Shown one piece after another: positions 36,238 through 45,820 of a stretch of 64,000 nt of DNA; positions within the stretch are counted from its first letter, which is position 1; each line of letters begins with the position of its first letter. The notes beneath the pieces are model-generated. The model saw nothing but the letters and a program-made list of their open reading frames with translations, was not told the origin of the DNA and did not search any database. The DNA is taken from IMG/VR virus record IMGVR_UViG_3300042889_001272, positions 171,562 to 235,561 of that record. One strand, given 5' to 3'. The translations under genes and the position numbers were made by a program.

Positions 36238-39165
36238 TTAAATTCTTCCTCTTTTTGATTTTTTAGTAATGTAATCACTGGCTGTTCCTTTCCAATCATT
36301 GGGTAACAATAATCTATCCTGACCTTGATTGCCATTTGACGGCACACCTATGCCAAAGTTGTAGTACTCTGTGGTTGCCTTAACACCATCATTGAATGTT
36401 TCGTACTTATTATAAGTTCCAGTTTTGACATCGAATCCTAGACCACTAGGATTATTAACGGCGGCTGGGCCTGGACGCTGAGTATTATTACGTTTCCAAT
36501 CTTCTAATCCTCCGCTGCCACTTTTTTGTAGTGCTTCTGCTGTCAGTGTTTCTGCTGGGTACGGTTTATAATTGGAAATGCCTGCATCAGCATATGCTTC
36601 TGCTGATAACTTATTAGTATATTCAAAGTGAGCTTTAGTTTCTGCGATATACTGCTCTTTTGCCTTTGAGTATGCCATGTCTTTAGTTACTTGTGGCGGC
36701 GTTTCTGTTAAGGATTGTGCATTTACAACCGGGTCATTTACAACTGGGGGTGGATTATTTGCAATTTTTTCTCTATAACGATTTAAAGCAGTTAGTACAG
36801 GCCCAGACGAGTTGTTAGCATCACCGCGAACAACACCAGCGGCTCCCATACCTTCTTTACCGGATAAATTATCTCTGGCAGCATCGCCATTTCGTTCTCG
36901 TTTTGCCTGTTCTCTTAATTCGGCAACTTTGTCTGCTTCCCTTACATCACTGTTTATTGCACTTGTCATAAACTGTTCAAATGTAACTTCACCTACTACT
37001 CCCTTGGGCAGTATATAACTAGGTATAGTAAGATCTTTTCTTGCTTTTAATTTCTGAGTCCACTTACCTTCTTTAAAACTATTTGTCACTGACCAAACTT
37101 GGTAGATTCCAAGAATTTGATCTGTGGTATTAAACAGCATTGTGTCATTGCTGTCCCAGTCTGTCGTAGGAGCTTGACTATTAAAATAAAATAAGTTGGC
37201 ACCTTTATAAAATTGTGCTTGGCCATAGTCGCCCCATGCATTGACCCTTGTTCCCCAGTCTGGATCTAAACTTGGCATTTTGTCTTCGATCAATGTTTTA
37301 ATTTGTTCGTCATTGCTACTGGAAAACTCTATTTTGTCTAACTGGTCTTTACCCACTAACATAGCGTTGGGCATTCCTAACCAATAAGGATCTGCTATTA
37401 TTTCCAACTCCATGTCGATCAAATCTCTCGGCGCTAACAACACAGTAAAGATTTTTTCCATGAGCTTTTCGTTTTCTGCTTTTGCAATATCTATGTCTTC
37501 TCCGATTACATCTGGTTCCATTCTAGGTCTTAGACTAGAATAATTAACAGATAAAATTTCATTGTAAATTTTCTTAAAGTCCACGTCTTCTGCAAACTTT
37601 GGAGCCATTGTTTCTAATAACTCAGTTCTGTTATTAATGGAATTGGTAGGCAGTCCAGCTTTTTCTTTTGCTCTCAACACATTTTCTTTTTCAAGTATGG
37701 CTGCATTGATTGTTTGTATGTATTGTTCTAATGCTGCCTTTCTTGCTTTGTTTGAACCTTTTCTGTTTATTTCAGCAGAAGCTACTATTGCACTTTGTTG
37801 TAGTTCCTTAAGTTCTTTTCTAGCAACACCATTTTTGTCATTTTGAACATAAGGAGTAACATCTTTTCTATAGTTTTGTACATTCATTGCTCCTGGTCCG
37901 GTGGTTCCTCGATCTGTCCATATCACTGGAAAACTAGGCAAACTATAACTTTGATTAAACTGTAGATCTACTTTAATAATATCTGTACTCAAGCCGGTGT
38001 AGTTATGATAATACACTTTTCGCAGTAATCCTTCTTGAATATAATATCTCAGCTTGCTAATAACTTTGTCTTTGCTTGATTGTCTATTCAATAAATCAAG
38101 TTCGTCAGGATACTGATACATGTTTGGTTGATCAGCCAAGAATATTAAAAAGACATGTTTAACTGCGTAACGTCCTCGAATATAGTCAAAGTTTTTATTA
38201 ACAGTATAGGTTTCGATTCTAAAAAATTGATATGGTTTACCCATGTTATCTTCAATGATTTTTTTATTAGCTTCACTGCTGCCGCTGGCGCCCTGCTTTT
38301 GTCCTTCTTTTTTGCCGGGCATTAAATCGGAAACTTCTTTAGTACTCATTAACACTCTATTAATCCAAGAAATAATAGTTGTGCCCGGACGAGCAGTAAT
38401 ATCCCATTTTTGTTTTCCTATTCCAAAGCGAGATAAAAAAGATTCCTTTACTGCCGGATCTGCTTTGCCTTTACTTGTAAACGTAAAATTTTCCACGTCG
38501 GGCTGTACAAGGAAATGGTACTCGTCGTGAAATGGATCTGTTTCGGCAGGGTGTGCTCCGCCACCATTACCTCCGGTGCCTGCTTTTTGTCGTGCTTCAG
38601 CGTATCTGAATTCTTTGTTTTCTAATTCAATGCTAAGTTGTTCGAAGAATTCTTTGACATTCTCTACTTGAATCTTAGTAGTATCTTTAATTGGCTGTAC
38701 CAAATCCGTTTGACTGTGATGATTTGCATGAATGAACTTTAATACATACTCACTGCCTTTTTCACTGACACTGCTTTTAACGTCTGTGCTTATCAACATA
38801 ATAGGCCAAACGTATTTAAAAGGACTGTCTATGCCAGTTTCGCTGATAAAATCTTCAGCAAGTATTTCTATCTCTAACAAGAATCTTGCATCTAAATGAT
38901 TATCACAGCCTACTTCAAAAGCGGCAGCTCTTATATAATCAAAGAATGTAAAACCCATGGGTTCGAAGATTTTTAAATCTCCGTAGCCATTGTATGCTAC
39001 ACTTGTTTGGAAGTTAGGACTTACTAAGTTATCCCAATTAATTTCCCCCATGACAAATCTACCAGTGGCCGCAGTTTCTGAAATAACTACACCTAACCTA
39101 GGATCTAATTTGTTTACGTTTTGTGGATTAACAATGGTTAATCTCGAATAATATGTATGTGCCAT
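36238..39165 (-). CDS. Baseplate hub protein (gp27-like position)
   Basis: 975 aa between M23 gene and gp5; IFEPMGFTFFD, MELEIIADPYWL, GIYQVWSVTNSFKEGKWTQKL as in hub proteins. Confidence 0.5.
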   Translation of the reverse strand: MAHTYYSRLTIVNPQNVNKLDPRLGVVISETAATGRFVMGEINWDNLVSPNFQTSVAYNGYGDLKIFEPMGFTFFDYIRAAAFEVGCDNHLDARFLLEIEILAEDFISETGIDSPFKYVWPIMLISTDVKSSVSEKGSEYVLKFIHANHHSQTDLVQPIKDTTKIQVENVKEFFEQLSIELENKEFRYAEARQKAGTGGNGGGAHPAETDPFHDEYHFLVQPDVENFTFTSKGKADPAVKESFLSRFGIGKQKWDITARPGTTIISWINRVLMSTKEVSDLMPGKKEGQKQGASGSSEANKKIIEDNMGKPYQFFRIETYTVNKNFDYIRGRYAVKHVFLIFLADQPNMYQYPDELDLLNRQSSKDKVISKLRYYIQEGLLRKVYYHNYTGLSTDIIKVDLQFNQSYSLPSFPVIWTDRGTTGPGAMNVQNYRKDVTPYVQNDKNGVARKELKELQQSAIVASAEINRKGSNKARKAALEQYIQTINAAILEKENVLRAKEKAGLPTNSINNRTELLETMAPKFAEDVDFKKIYNEILSVNYSSLRPRMEPDVIGEDIDIAKAENEKLMEKIFTVLLAPRDLIDMELEIIADPYWLGMPNAMLVGKDQLDKIEFSSSNDEQIKTLIEDKMPSLDPDWGTRVNAWGDYGQAQFYKGANLFYFNSQAPTTDWDSNDTMLFNTTDQILGIYQVWSVTNSFKEGKWTQKLKARKDLTIPSYILPKGVVGEVTFEQFMTSAINSDVREADKVAELREQAKRERNGDAARDNLSGKEGMGAAGVVRGDANNSSGPVLTALNRYREKIANNPPPVVNDPVVNAQSLTETPPQVTKDMAYSKAKEQYIAETKAHFEYTNKLSAEAYADAGISNYKPYPAETLTAEALQKSGSGGLEDWKRNNTQRPGPAAVNNPSGLGFDVKTGTYNKYETFNDGVKATTEYYNFGIGVPSNGNQGQDRLLLPNDWKGTASDYITKKSKRGRI

Positions 39166-39788
39166 TACTTGTCGCCTAATTTCAATAAAGGATTTATTAA
39201 TATACCAACATCCGATTTTGTTGGTCGAGGTCTTTTAGTACCACCCGGCCCTGTTTTATTTTTTTCTTGTTCGTTTTTCTTAACGGCATCGTTGATAACC
39301 GAATCATCTGGCGCAGTAGGTTTAGTAGTAGGTTTCCCGGGTCTGTTTTTTTCAACTTTTGCTGTGCTTGTCAATAAATCTCCGGAGCCTTTTTCAAAAG
39401 TAGCAATTCCTGCATCGTTCTTTGGATCAATGGGAACTCCATTTTTTCTAACTTCGTAATGAACGTGTGGTTGTTCATTGGCGCCAGTTGCCCCGCTATA
39501 TCCTATCAATGATCCGGATGGTATTGTTTGACCAACTTTATAGCCTCCGGGATTGTTATCATCTAAGTGTCCGAACACATATTCTTTACTAGGATCATTG
39601 GGGTCTTTTACATATAATGCTTTGCCATATCCCAATTTTCCAGTGTCAATTACCCTAGATACTTTTAAATCTTGATTAGCATATATCGGACTGCCTACTC
39701 CTGCGCGAAGGTCGATACCTTTGTGATCGCCACTGCACGTCGGGCAAGGTGGTTTTCTTTTTCCAAAACCGGATGTAATCACTGCCAT
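39165..39788 (-). CDS. M23 family Zn endopeptidase (peptidoglycan hydrolase)
   Basis: ITSGFGKR, HKGID (HxxxD), GYG, FGHL, GYSGATG, PHVHYEVR (HxH). Confidence 0.9.
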   Translation of the reverse strand: MAVITSGFGKRKPPCPTCSGDHKGIDLRAGVGSPIYANQDLKVSRVIDTGKLGYGKALYVKDPNDPSKEYVFGHLDDNNPGGYKVGQTIPSGSLIGYSGATGANEQPHVHYEVRKNGVPIDPKNDAGIATFEKGSGDLLTSTAKVEKNRPGKPTTKPTAPDDSVINDAVKKNEQEKNKTGPGGTKRPRPTKSDVGILINPLLKLGDK

Positions 39789-40111
39789 TAGTTAACTCCT
39801 GCGAGTTTTTCTAACAATGCCATATCCCTGGGAACTAAAACTGTTAGTCCTGCTGTAAAATCCCATATAGGATCTTTAATCAAATCTGCATTAGCCAACG
39901 CAATCATCCACCAATATCTACTAGACCCGTATTGTTGGTAACTGAATAAATCTATTCTGTTTTCACATTCTGTAGGTACCACTACGTAGTCACCATTAAC
40001 AGTAGACATTACTGGAAGTTTAGCTACATCTAAATAAAAACTTCGATATCGACTGTCACGTAGATAACTTTTTGTATCATACATCGTTCCAGAAAAATTA
40101 TTTACTGCCAT
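39788..40111 (-). CDS. Baseplate wedge LysM-like protein, gp53-like
   Basis: RIDLFSYQQYGSSRYWWMIALAN..DPIWDFTAGLTVLVP. Confidence 0.65.
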   Translation of the reverse strand: MAVNNFSGTMYDTKSYLRDSRYRSFYLDVAKLPVMSTVNGDYVVVPTECENRIDLFSYQQYGSSRYWWMIALANADLIKDPIWDFTAGLTVLVPRDMALLEKLAGVN

Positions 40112-40113
40112 GA

Positions 40114-40776
40114 TTAAATGTATCCTTGACTGTTTAACTTACCAGCGGCAAAATCTTCTAAATTAAAAGTATTAACAGTTTTATATAAATTCTGTTGCAC
40201 TAACAATCCAATGCTTATTGTAAAAAACACAGGGAGATAAATCTCTTTTTGTCGACTAGCAGTAACAACTATTTCCGGAACTTCACCTTCAGGAATGGCA
40301 TTTGTTGGTACATTATTTTTTCTAACAGATTCAATGTCTTTATATATATCACTGCTTGGATCTATTTTGCCTTTAACATAATCTACATCTTCGGGAAATG
40401 TCATATTAAATTTACTGATGACCACAGGGATGTTATCAAATACTTGATTACCATAGGCAAAGAATCGTAGTATTCTCGGAGGTAGGCCGCGCAGTGGATC
40501 GGTTCTGCCATAATTCATTTTTGTATATGTACGCAAGAATCTCAACGCATACACACTTAAATTGAAATGTTCGCTGGTATGGGCACTGAACTTGCAGGTC
40601 ATATTGATACTGGGATTTTCGGTTCTTCCATAACCATATGTTTGATAGTTGGTATGGCTCATAGCATAACTATCATATTTGACTTCTTGCCCGTATTCAA
40701 TCTGAGGTGTATACGGGAAATCCAATTTCTTAAGATTTCCCACAGGGTTTCTTGGTTGTAGATATACTGTACTCAT
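40114..40776 (-). CDS. Tail-tube initiator / baseplate cap-like protein (gp48/gp54 class)
   Basis: FPYTPQI..HTNY..Y...NPSI..CKFSA..PPRILRFFAYG..NIPVVISKFNMTFPEDVDY. Confidence 0.55.
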   Translation of the reverse strand: MSTVYLQPRNPVGNLKKLDFPYTPQIEYGQEVKYDSYAMSHTNYQTYGYGRTENPSINMTCKFSAHTSEHFNLSVYALRFLRTYTKMNYGRTDPLRGLPPRILRFFAYGNQVFDNIPVVISKFNMTFPEDVDYVKGKIDPSSDIYKDIESVRKNNVPTNAIPEGEVPEIVVTASRQKEIYLPVFFTISIGLLVQQNLYKTVNTFNLEDFAAGKLNSQGYI

Positions 40777-40781
40777 ATCAT

Positions 40782-40789
40782 TATTTATA
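40782..40789 (-). promoter_or_regulatory. T4-type late promoter TATAAATA, 5 nt before ATG
   Basis: TATAAATA-ATGAT-ATG; no Shine-Dalgarno. Confidence 0.75.
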
Positions 40790-40820
40790 GTGAAATAATG
40801 TATAGTTTTAATGAAAAGAC

Positions 40821-40850
40821 TTGACAGCAGTAATAAAAATGTGTTATTAT
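40821..40850 (+). promoter_or_regulatory. Sigma70 promoter of gp55, extended -10
   Basis: TTGACA-18-TATTAT with TGT; ATG 6 nt after the -10. Confidence 0.7.
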
Positions 40851-40856
40851 TAGTCT

Positions 40857-41729
40857 ATGGCAACATCACAAGCAAACCCACTAGCAAAACAGTACTTGAC
40901 CAACAAGGAACTACTTAAAGAAATTCATTTAAGTAAAAATCAATATAGCAGTTATTCTAAATCAGAATATTCTGACTACGATTTAATTCTACCCAGCGTA
41001 GATAAGATTAATATCAGAACTATTGCTGATGCTAAACGAACCAAGGCACTACGTCTTAGTCATTTAGCACTGACAGAAGCTCAAACAATTAATTCAAAAG
41101 CTAAACTAGCAGAAGTTGAAATTGACTATAAAAAAGTTCTTAAAACAGATGTCGTGTTTAGAATTATGACACACGATCATATACCTCTTGAACCTGGACG
41201 TAAAAAGACTCCTAAGAATCGAGGCGATCATCACAGCAAATGTAACTTTCCCCCATTCCAGCATTTTAAATTCAGCACAGAAGATGGCGCAGGTAAAGAT
41301 GATTTAATCTGCGTAGGCAAGAGTCACTGGAAAGGTGATATGGACACTGGTGCATTTAATTTAGAAGGCAGTATAACAAAAAAACTAGCCAAGAGTTACA
41401 TGTTACTCTGCGAACGCTACAGTATGCGCTTCAACTGGCGTGGTTATACTTACGTAGACGAAATGCGCTCACAAGCATTGCTACAATTATCACAGATAGG
41501 ACTACAATTCGATGAATCAAAATCGCAGAACCCTTTTGCGTATTATACTGCCGCTATTGACAACAGTTTCACTCGCATCCTTAATATTGAAAAGAAAAAC
41601 CAAATGATTCGAGACGACTTGTTAATTCAAACAGGTAGCAGTCCCAGTTTCACTAGACAATTCGAACATGAAACAATGATGCGTGACGAACGCGAACGTA
41701 TCGCTAATCTTAAAACAGAGGATTTCTAA
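40857..41729 (+). CDS. gp55: Late transcription sigma factor, T4 gp55-like
   Basis: YLTNKELL, LCERYSMRFNWRGYTYVDEMRSQALLQL, FDESKSQNPFAYYT. Confidence 0.9.
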   Translation: MATSQANPLAKQYLTNKELLKEIHLSKNQYSSYSKSEYSDYDLILPSVDKINIRTIADAKRTKALRLSHLALTEAQTINSKAKLAEVEIDYKKVLKTDVVFRIMTHDHIPLEPGRKKTPKNRGDHHSKCNFPPFQHFKFSTEDGAGKDDLICVGKSHWKGDMDTGAFNLEGSITKKLAKSYMLLCERYSMRFNWRGYTYVDEMRSQALLQLSQIGLQFDESKSQNPFAYYTAAIDNSFTRILNIEKKNQMIRDDLLIQTGSSPSFTRQFEHETMMRDERERIANLKTEDF

Positions 41730-42748
41730 TGGCAGATATGTTTAAGAAGGCGGCAGTCTTTACAGACATTCACTTTGGCATGAGACAAAACAGCAAAGCC
41801 CATAACGACGATTGTTTGAGTTTTGTCAAATGGTTCTGTGCCGAAGCAAAAAAGCAGGATTGTGACACGGCAATCTTTATGGGCGACTGGCATCACCATC
41901 GTGCCACAGTCAATGTCAGTACATTGAACTATACTGTCGAAGCCATTGATTATATCAGCAAACACTTTGAGCGTTTCTTTTTTATTGCTGGCAATCACGA
42001 TTTATATTATCGTGAGAAACGTGACTTAACAAGTATTCCATTTATCAAAAATCAAAAAAACGTAGTTTTGGTAAATGACATTTACACAGAAGGAGACGTC
42101 AGTCTTGTTCCGTGGTTAGTTGGCGAAGAATGGACCGGCATGAAGAGATTACAAAGTCGTTATGTATTTGGACATTTCGAACTTCCTAATTTTAAAATGA
42201 ATGCCAATGTTGCAATGCCGGATCACGGTGGATTGAATCGTGGGCATTTCCCTAATCAAGAAAAGGTCTTTTCTGGACACTTCCACATGAGACAGCACAG
42301 TGGCAATGTCAGCTACATCGGCAATGCCTTTCCACACAACTATGCTGATGCCTGGGATGATGACCGGGGTATGATGATTCTCGAGCATGGTGGACAGCCC
42401 AAGTATATTGCTTGGCCAGATGCTCCAAAATTCAAAACTATTGATCTTACAAGATTAATCGATGATCCTACAAAGTACATGGATGCCAATTCATTCCTGC
42501 GTGTTACCTGCGATGCTGACATTAGTTTTGAAGAAGCAAACTTCTTAAAAGAAAGTTGGCAAGAAGAATACAAGCTACGTGAGATTAGTTTGATTCCTGC
42601 AAAACGAGAAGAACATGCACAGGATTGGAGTGGAGACGTACATTTTGAATCCGTGGATCAAATCGTTGTACAACAACTTACAGCCATCGAAAGTGAAGTC
42701 GTAGATCGCCAAACACTGATTGACATCTACAACGGACTTCACGTATAA
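41729..42748 (+). CDS. gp47: Recombination nuclease subunit, T4 gp47 (Mre11/SbcD-like)
   Basis: FTDIHFG, MGDWHH, AGNHD, GHFE, SGHFH metallophosphoesterase motifs. Confidence 0.95.
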   Translation: MADMFKKAAVFTDIHFGMRQNSKAHNDDCLSFVKWFCAEAKKQDCDTAIFMGDWHHHRATVNVSTLNYTVEAIDYISKHFERFFFIAGNHDLYYREKRDLTSIPFIKNQKNVVLVNDIYTEGDVSLVPWLVGEEWTGMKRLQSRYVFGHFELPNFKMNANVAMPDHGGLNRGHFPNQEKVFSGHFHMRQHSGNVSYIGNAFPHNYADAWDDDRGMMILEHGGQPKYIAWPDAPKFKTIDLTRLIDDPTKYMDANSFLRVTCDADISFEEANFLKESWQEEYKLREISLIPAKREEHAQDWSGDVHFESVDQIVVQQLTAIESEVVDRQTLIDIYNGLHV

Positions 42749-42749
42749 T
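42720..42749 (+). promoter_or_regulatory. Sigma70 promoter embedded in 3' end of gp47
   Basis: TTGACA-18-TATAAT, 8 nt before gp46 ATG. Confidence 0.6.
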
Positions 42750-42757
42750 ATACATTC

Positions 42758-44533
42758 ATGATTAAATTAAAATCTCTAACAGTTAAAAACTTTCTCAGCG
42801 TAGGCAATGTAACCCAAGCACTAAAATTTGATCAACACGGTCTCACACTAGTATTGGGTAATAACTTGGACTTGGGTGGTGATGGTAGTCGCAACGGCAC
42901 TGGCAAGACTACTATTGTCAATGCACTGAGCTATGTCTTATACGGCAATGCATTAACTAACATTCGCAAAGATAACTTAATTAATAAAACTAACAGCAAA
43001 AGTATGTTAGTTACCTGCGAGTTTGACTGCGAAGGACATAGTTATCGTATTGAACGTGGACGCAAGCCAAACGTACTTCGTTTCATTGTCGACGACAAAG
43101 AAACCGACAACCTTGAAACAGAAGAACAACAGGGCGAGAACAAAGAAACACAGGCAGACATTGAACGCATACTTGGCATGGGCCATGATATGTTCAAGCA
43201 CATTGTTGCACTCAACACTTACACAGAGCCGTTCCTTAGTTTAAAGACCAATGATCAAAGAGATATCATTGAACAGTTGTTGGGTATTACTCAGCTCAGT
43301 GAAAAAGCAACATTGCTTAAAGATTTAATAAAGAACACTAAAGATGCAGTCAAAGAAGAAGAATATAGAATCAAAGCCATCGGGGACGCTAATACTAAAA
43401 TTAAAACGTCTATCGAAGATTTGGAACGTCGTAGTCGTTTATGGCAGACAAAACAAACGGACGATTTAGAAAAACTTGCTGCCAGTATCAATGAACTAAT
43501 GAACATTGACATTGCCATTGAACTAGAGAATCACAAGGCTCTTGCGTTGTGGCAGGCCAATGAAAAAGAACTTAAACGTCATAATAAAGATTTAGCTACA
43601 CATCAAAGTACTATCAAAATCTTAAAAAGTAATTTATTGAAATTGGAAAGTGCTAAAACTAAAGCCGAAGCACATCAATGCCATGCTTGCGGGCAAGACA
43701 TACATGACACTAAGCAAGAAGAAATGATGACGGAGATAGACGGTGCTGTTAACAATCTTAAAGAAGATTTAGTTGAAGAAGAAACTGCTTTGTCTAAAGT
43801 CACAGAAGATATCGCTAGCCTAGGTAAACTAGGTACAGCACCCGCAGTTCGTTATAGTAATATTGATGATGCTGTTAATCATAAGAGTACATTAGAAACA
43901 GCACAGGATCAATTTGAGCGCAGAGCATTAGATCTTGATCCTTATGTTGAACAAGCAGAGCATTTGAAGACCAGTGCTTTGGAAGAACTTAACTTTGACA
44001 GTATCAACAGACTAACAAAGTTAAATGAACATCAAGAGTTTTTGCTTAAACTGTTGACCAGTAAAGATAGTTTTATTCGTAAGCGTATTATTGAACAGAA
44101 TTTGAGTTACTTGAATCATAGATTAGCACATTATCTTGAAAAGTTAAGTTTACCGCATGAAGTAAAATTCCGCAGTGACTTAGAAGTAGATATTACACAG
44201 CTTGGACAAGAGTTTGACTTTGATAACTTGAGTCGAGGTGAACGTAATAGACTTATTTTAGGCTTGTCGTGGGCATTCCGAGATGTCTACGAAAGTCTAA
44301 ATAGGCCAATCAATTTGTTGTTCATCGACGAAATGATTGACAGTGGTATGGACGCCAATGGTGTTGATAACAGTTTGGGTATTCTTAAAAAGATGGCTAG
44401 AGAAAATCGGAAGAATATCTTCTTGATCAGCCACCGCGATGAACTGGTCGGGCGTGTAAATAACATACTACAAGTAGTAAAAGAGAATGGCTTTACAACA
44501 TTCAATACAGATATAGAAATGGTAGAAGCATAA
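42758..44533 (+). CDS. gp46: Recombination ATPase subunit, T4 gp46 (Rad50/SbcC-like)
   Basis: NGTGKTT Walker A, CHACGQ zinc hook, LSRGE signature, LFIDE Walker B, ISH. Confidence 0.95.
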   Translation: MIKLKSLTVKNFLSVGNVTQALKFDQHGLTLVLGNNLDLGGDGSRNGTGKTTIVNALSYVLYGNALTNIRKDNLINKTNSKSMLVTCEFDCEGHSYRIERGRKPNVLRFIVDDKETDNLETEEQQGENKETQADIERILGMGHDMFKHIVALNTYTEPFLSLKTNDQRDIIEQLLGITQLSEKATLLKDLIKNTKDAVKEEEYRIKAIGDANTKIKTSIEDLERRSRLWQTKQTDDLEKLAASINELMNIDIAIELENHKALALWQANEKELKRHNKDLATHQSTIKILKSNLLKLESAKTKAEAHQCHACGQDIHDTKQEEMMTEIDGAVNNLKEDLVEEETALSKVTEDIASLGKLGTAPAVRYSNIDDAVNHKSTLETAQDQFERRALDLDPYVEQAEHLKTSALEELNFDSINRLTKLNEHQEFLLKLLTSKDSFIRKRIIEQNLSYLNHRLAHYLEKLSLPHEVKFRSDLEVDITQLGQEFDFDNLSRGERNRLILGLSWAFRDVYESLNRPINLLFIDEMIDSGMDANGVDNSLGILKKMARENRKNIFLISHRDELVGRVNNILQVVKENGFTTFNTDIEMVEA

Positions 44534-44763
44534 TGACAATAGAATCAAAAGCACTCGATGCTATTAAAAAAGCCTGCGAAAAAACAGACGACGAAATTAT
44601 TAATGCAACATCGTGGTCTGAATTAAATTTTGATAGCTTACAGACTGTAGAATTAATCATGCAAATGGAAGATCTATTTGATCTTACCATCGAAGACGAA
44701 GATGCAGAAAAATTAAAAAATTACAACGATTTAATAACTTTTATAAAAGGGAAAACAAAATGA
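44533..44763 (+). CDS. acpP: Acyl carrier protein
   Basis: 76 aa acidic; ELNFDSLQTVELIMQMEDLFDLTIEDEDAEKL vs canonical [32 protein letters not shown]. Confidence 0.85.
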   Translation: MTIESKALDAIKKACEKTDDEIINATSWSELNFDSLQTVELIMQMEDLFDLTIEDEDAEKLKNYNDLITFIKGKTK

Positions 44764-44969
44764 CAGAAGAAAACACAACTCCAGTAAATACACAAGAAGA
44801 ACTTGTTAAACAATTCCAATTGTATATTGAAGAGAACGAAAAGTTCACGACTAAGAAAGTTAAAGCAGCCGCTGGCCGTGCTCGAAAGGCATTGCAAGAA
44901 GTTGCCAAACTTGTCAAGCAACGTCGCAAAGAAATCACTGAAGAGAAAGCGGCGTTGTCAGTTAAATAA
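44760..44969 (+). CDS. Histone H1-like (Hc1-family) basic DNA-binding protein
   Basis: KAAAGRARKALQEVAKLVKQRRKEI resembles the KAAGxRARKAxxE+xK core of Hc1-family proteins. Confidence 0.6.
   Translation: MTEENTTPVNTQEELVKQFQLYIEENEKFTTKKVKAAAGRARKALQEVAKLVKQRRKEITEEKAALSVK
44961..44968 (+). promoter_or_regulatory. Late promoter-like GTTAAATA before GIY-YIG gene
   Basis: TAAATA core overlapping the previous stop, 6 nt before ATG 44975; no Shine-Dalgarno. Confidence 0.45.
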
Positions 44970-44974
44970 AACTG

Positions 44975-45403
44975 ATGACATGGCTTTACCAAGGTGATTT
45001 AATAGAAGAACTTCCTGAGGACTGTGTTGGTTTTGTTTATCTCATTACCAACTCAGTCACAGGCCGCAAATACATAGGCAAAAAATTGGCAAAGTTTGCA
45101 AAGACAAGTTACAAAGTTGTCAAGCAAAAAAATGGCATTAAAAAGAAAAAGAAAATTCGTTCAAAAGTCGATTCTGACTGGAGAGATTACTACGGGAGTA
45201 GTGATGAATTATCTAAAGACGTTACCACACTAGGCAAAGAAAATTTCACTCGTGAAGTTTTACACTACTGCACATCCAAGGCTCATACTTCATACTTAGA
45301 AGCAAAAGAACAATTCGATAGAAAAGTTTTAGAAACAACAGATTACTACAATGGCCAAATATCCGTTCGCGTCCACGGATCACATATCATAAACAGAATT
45401 TAA
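44975..45403 (+). CDS. Minimal GIY-YIG nuclease
   Basis: GFVYLITN..RKYIGKK, WRDYYGS, YLEAKEQ, YYN; Lys-rich insert KQKNGIKKKKKIRSK. Confidence 0.85.
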   Translation: MTWLYQGDLIEELPEDCVGFVYLITNSVTGRKYIGKKLAKFAKTSYKVVKQKNGIKKKKKIRSKVDSDWRDYYGSSDELSKDVTTLGKENFTREVLHYCTSKAHTSYLEAKEQFDRKVLETTDYYNGQISVRVHGSHIINRI

Positions 45404-45820
45404 ATCGGCACCGGCCACAAAGACACTACTGATAATGCCCGTACCGGCAAGTTAAACAAGGTACCCAATAACTGGACTCCGTGTCGCAGGGAAGGAACTT
45501 CTGAGCAGTAGCAGAGACATGATTGCCACTATCCTTAACAGGACGCAACACAAGGTATGAAACGTGTTGGCAAATGTATAGTACGACCAAAAAGAGTAGG
45601 CACTGCTGAGTCATTGCAACCTACATGAATTAAGATGTTTATCTATTGGCTACTTAATTCTGCGTTATAAGAAGAGCTACATAAAAAGGTACAGCGTAAC
45701 CGCCTTTACTAGTAATAGTTGTAGTAATAGATTACGATAATGGGCCTCCGACAGGATTTTCCAATTTTTACTTTTCGTCCTTAACAGGGCGAAGTACGAC
45801 TGCAAAACCTTGACAAGTAT
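45404..45820 (+). ncRNA. Candidate structured non-coding RNA of unknown class
   Basis: No credible ORF; many stems found by eye: 45517-45527/45569-45577, 45532-35/45540-43, 45547-51/45564-68, 45596-600/45620-24, 45627-34/45653-60, 45685-89/45703-07, 45708-11/45716-19 (GUAA loop), 45769-81/45786-96 (one G-U). Confidence 0.5.

Noticed and set aside
45486-45516. SRP RNA or RNase P RNA
   Set aside because: CAGG..GGAA..AGCAG and GAAGGAACUUCUGAGC resemble SRP helix 8 and RNase P CR-I, but I found neither the long SRP stem nor a complementary P4 3' strand.
45404-45820. Group I intron carrying the GIY-YIG gene
   Set aside because: CAGAGACAU and AUGUAUAGU loosely resemble R/S elements, but the G-C pair of the P7 guanosine site is missing and there is no interrupted host gene (upstream ORF has its own stop, downstream gene is convergent).
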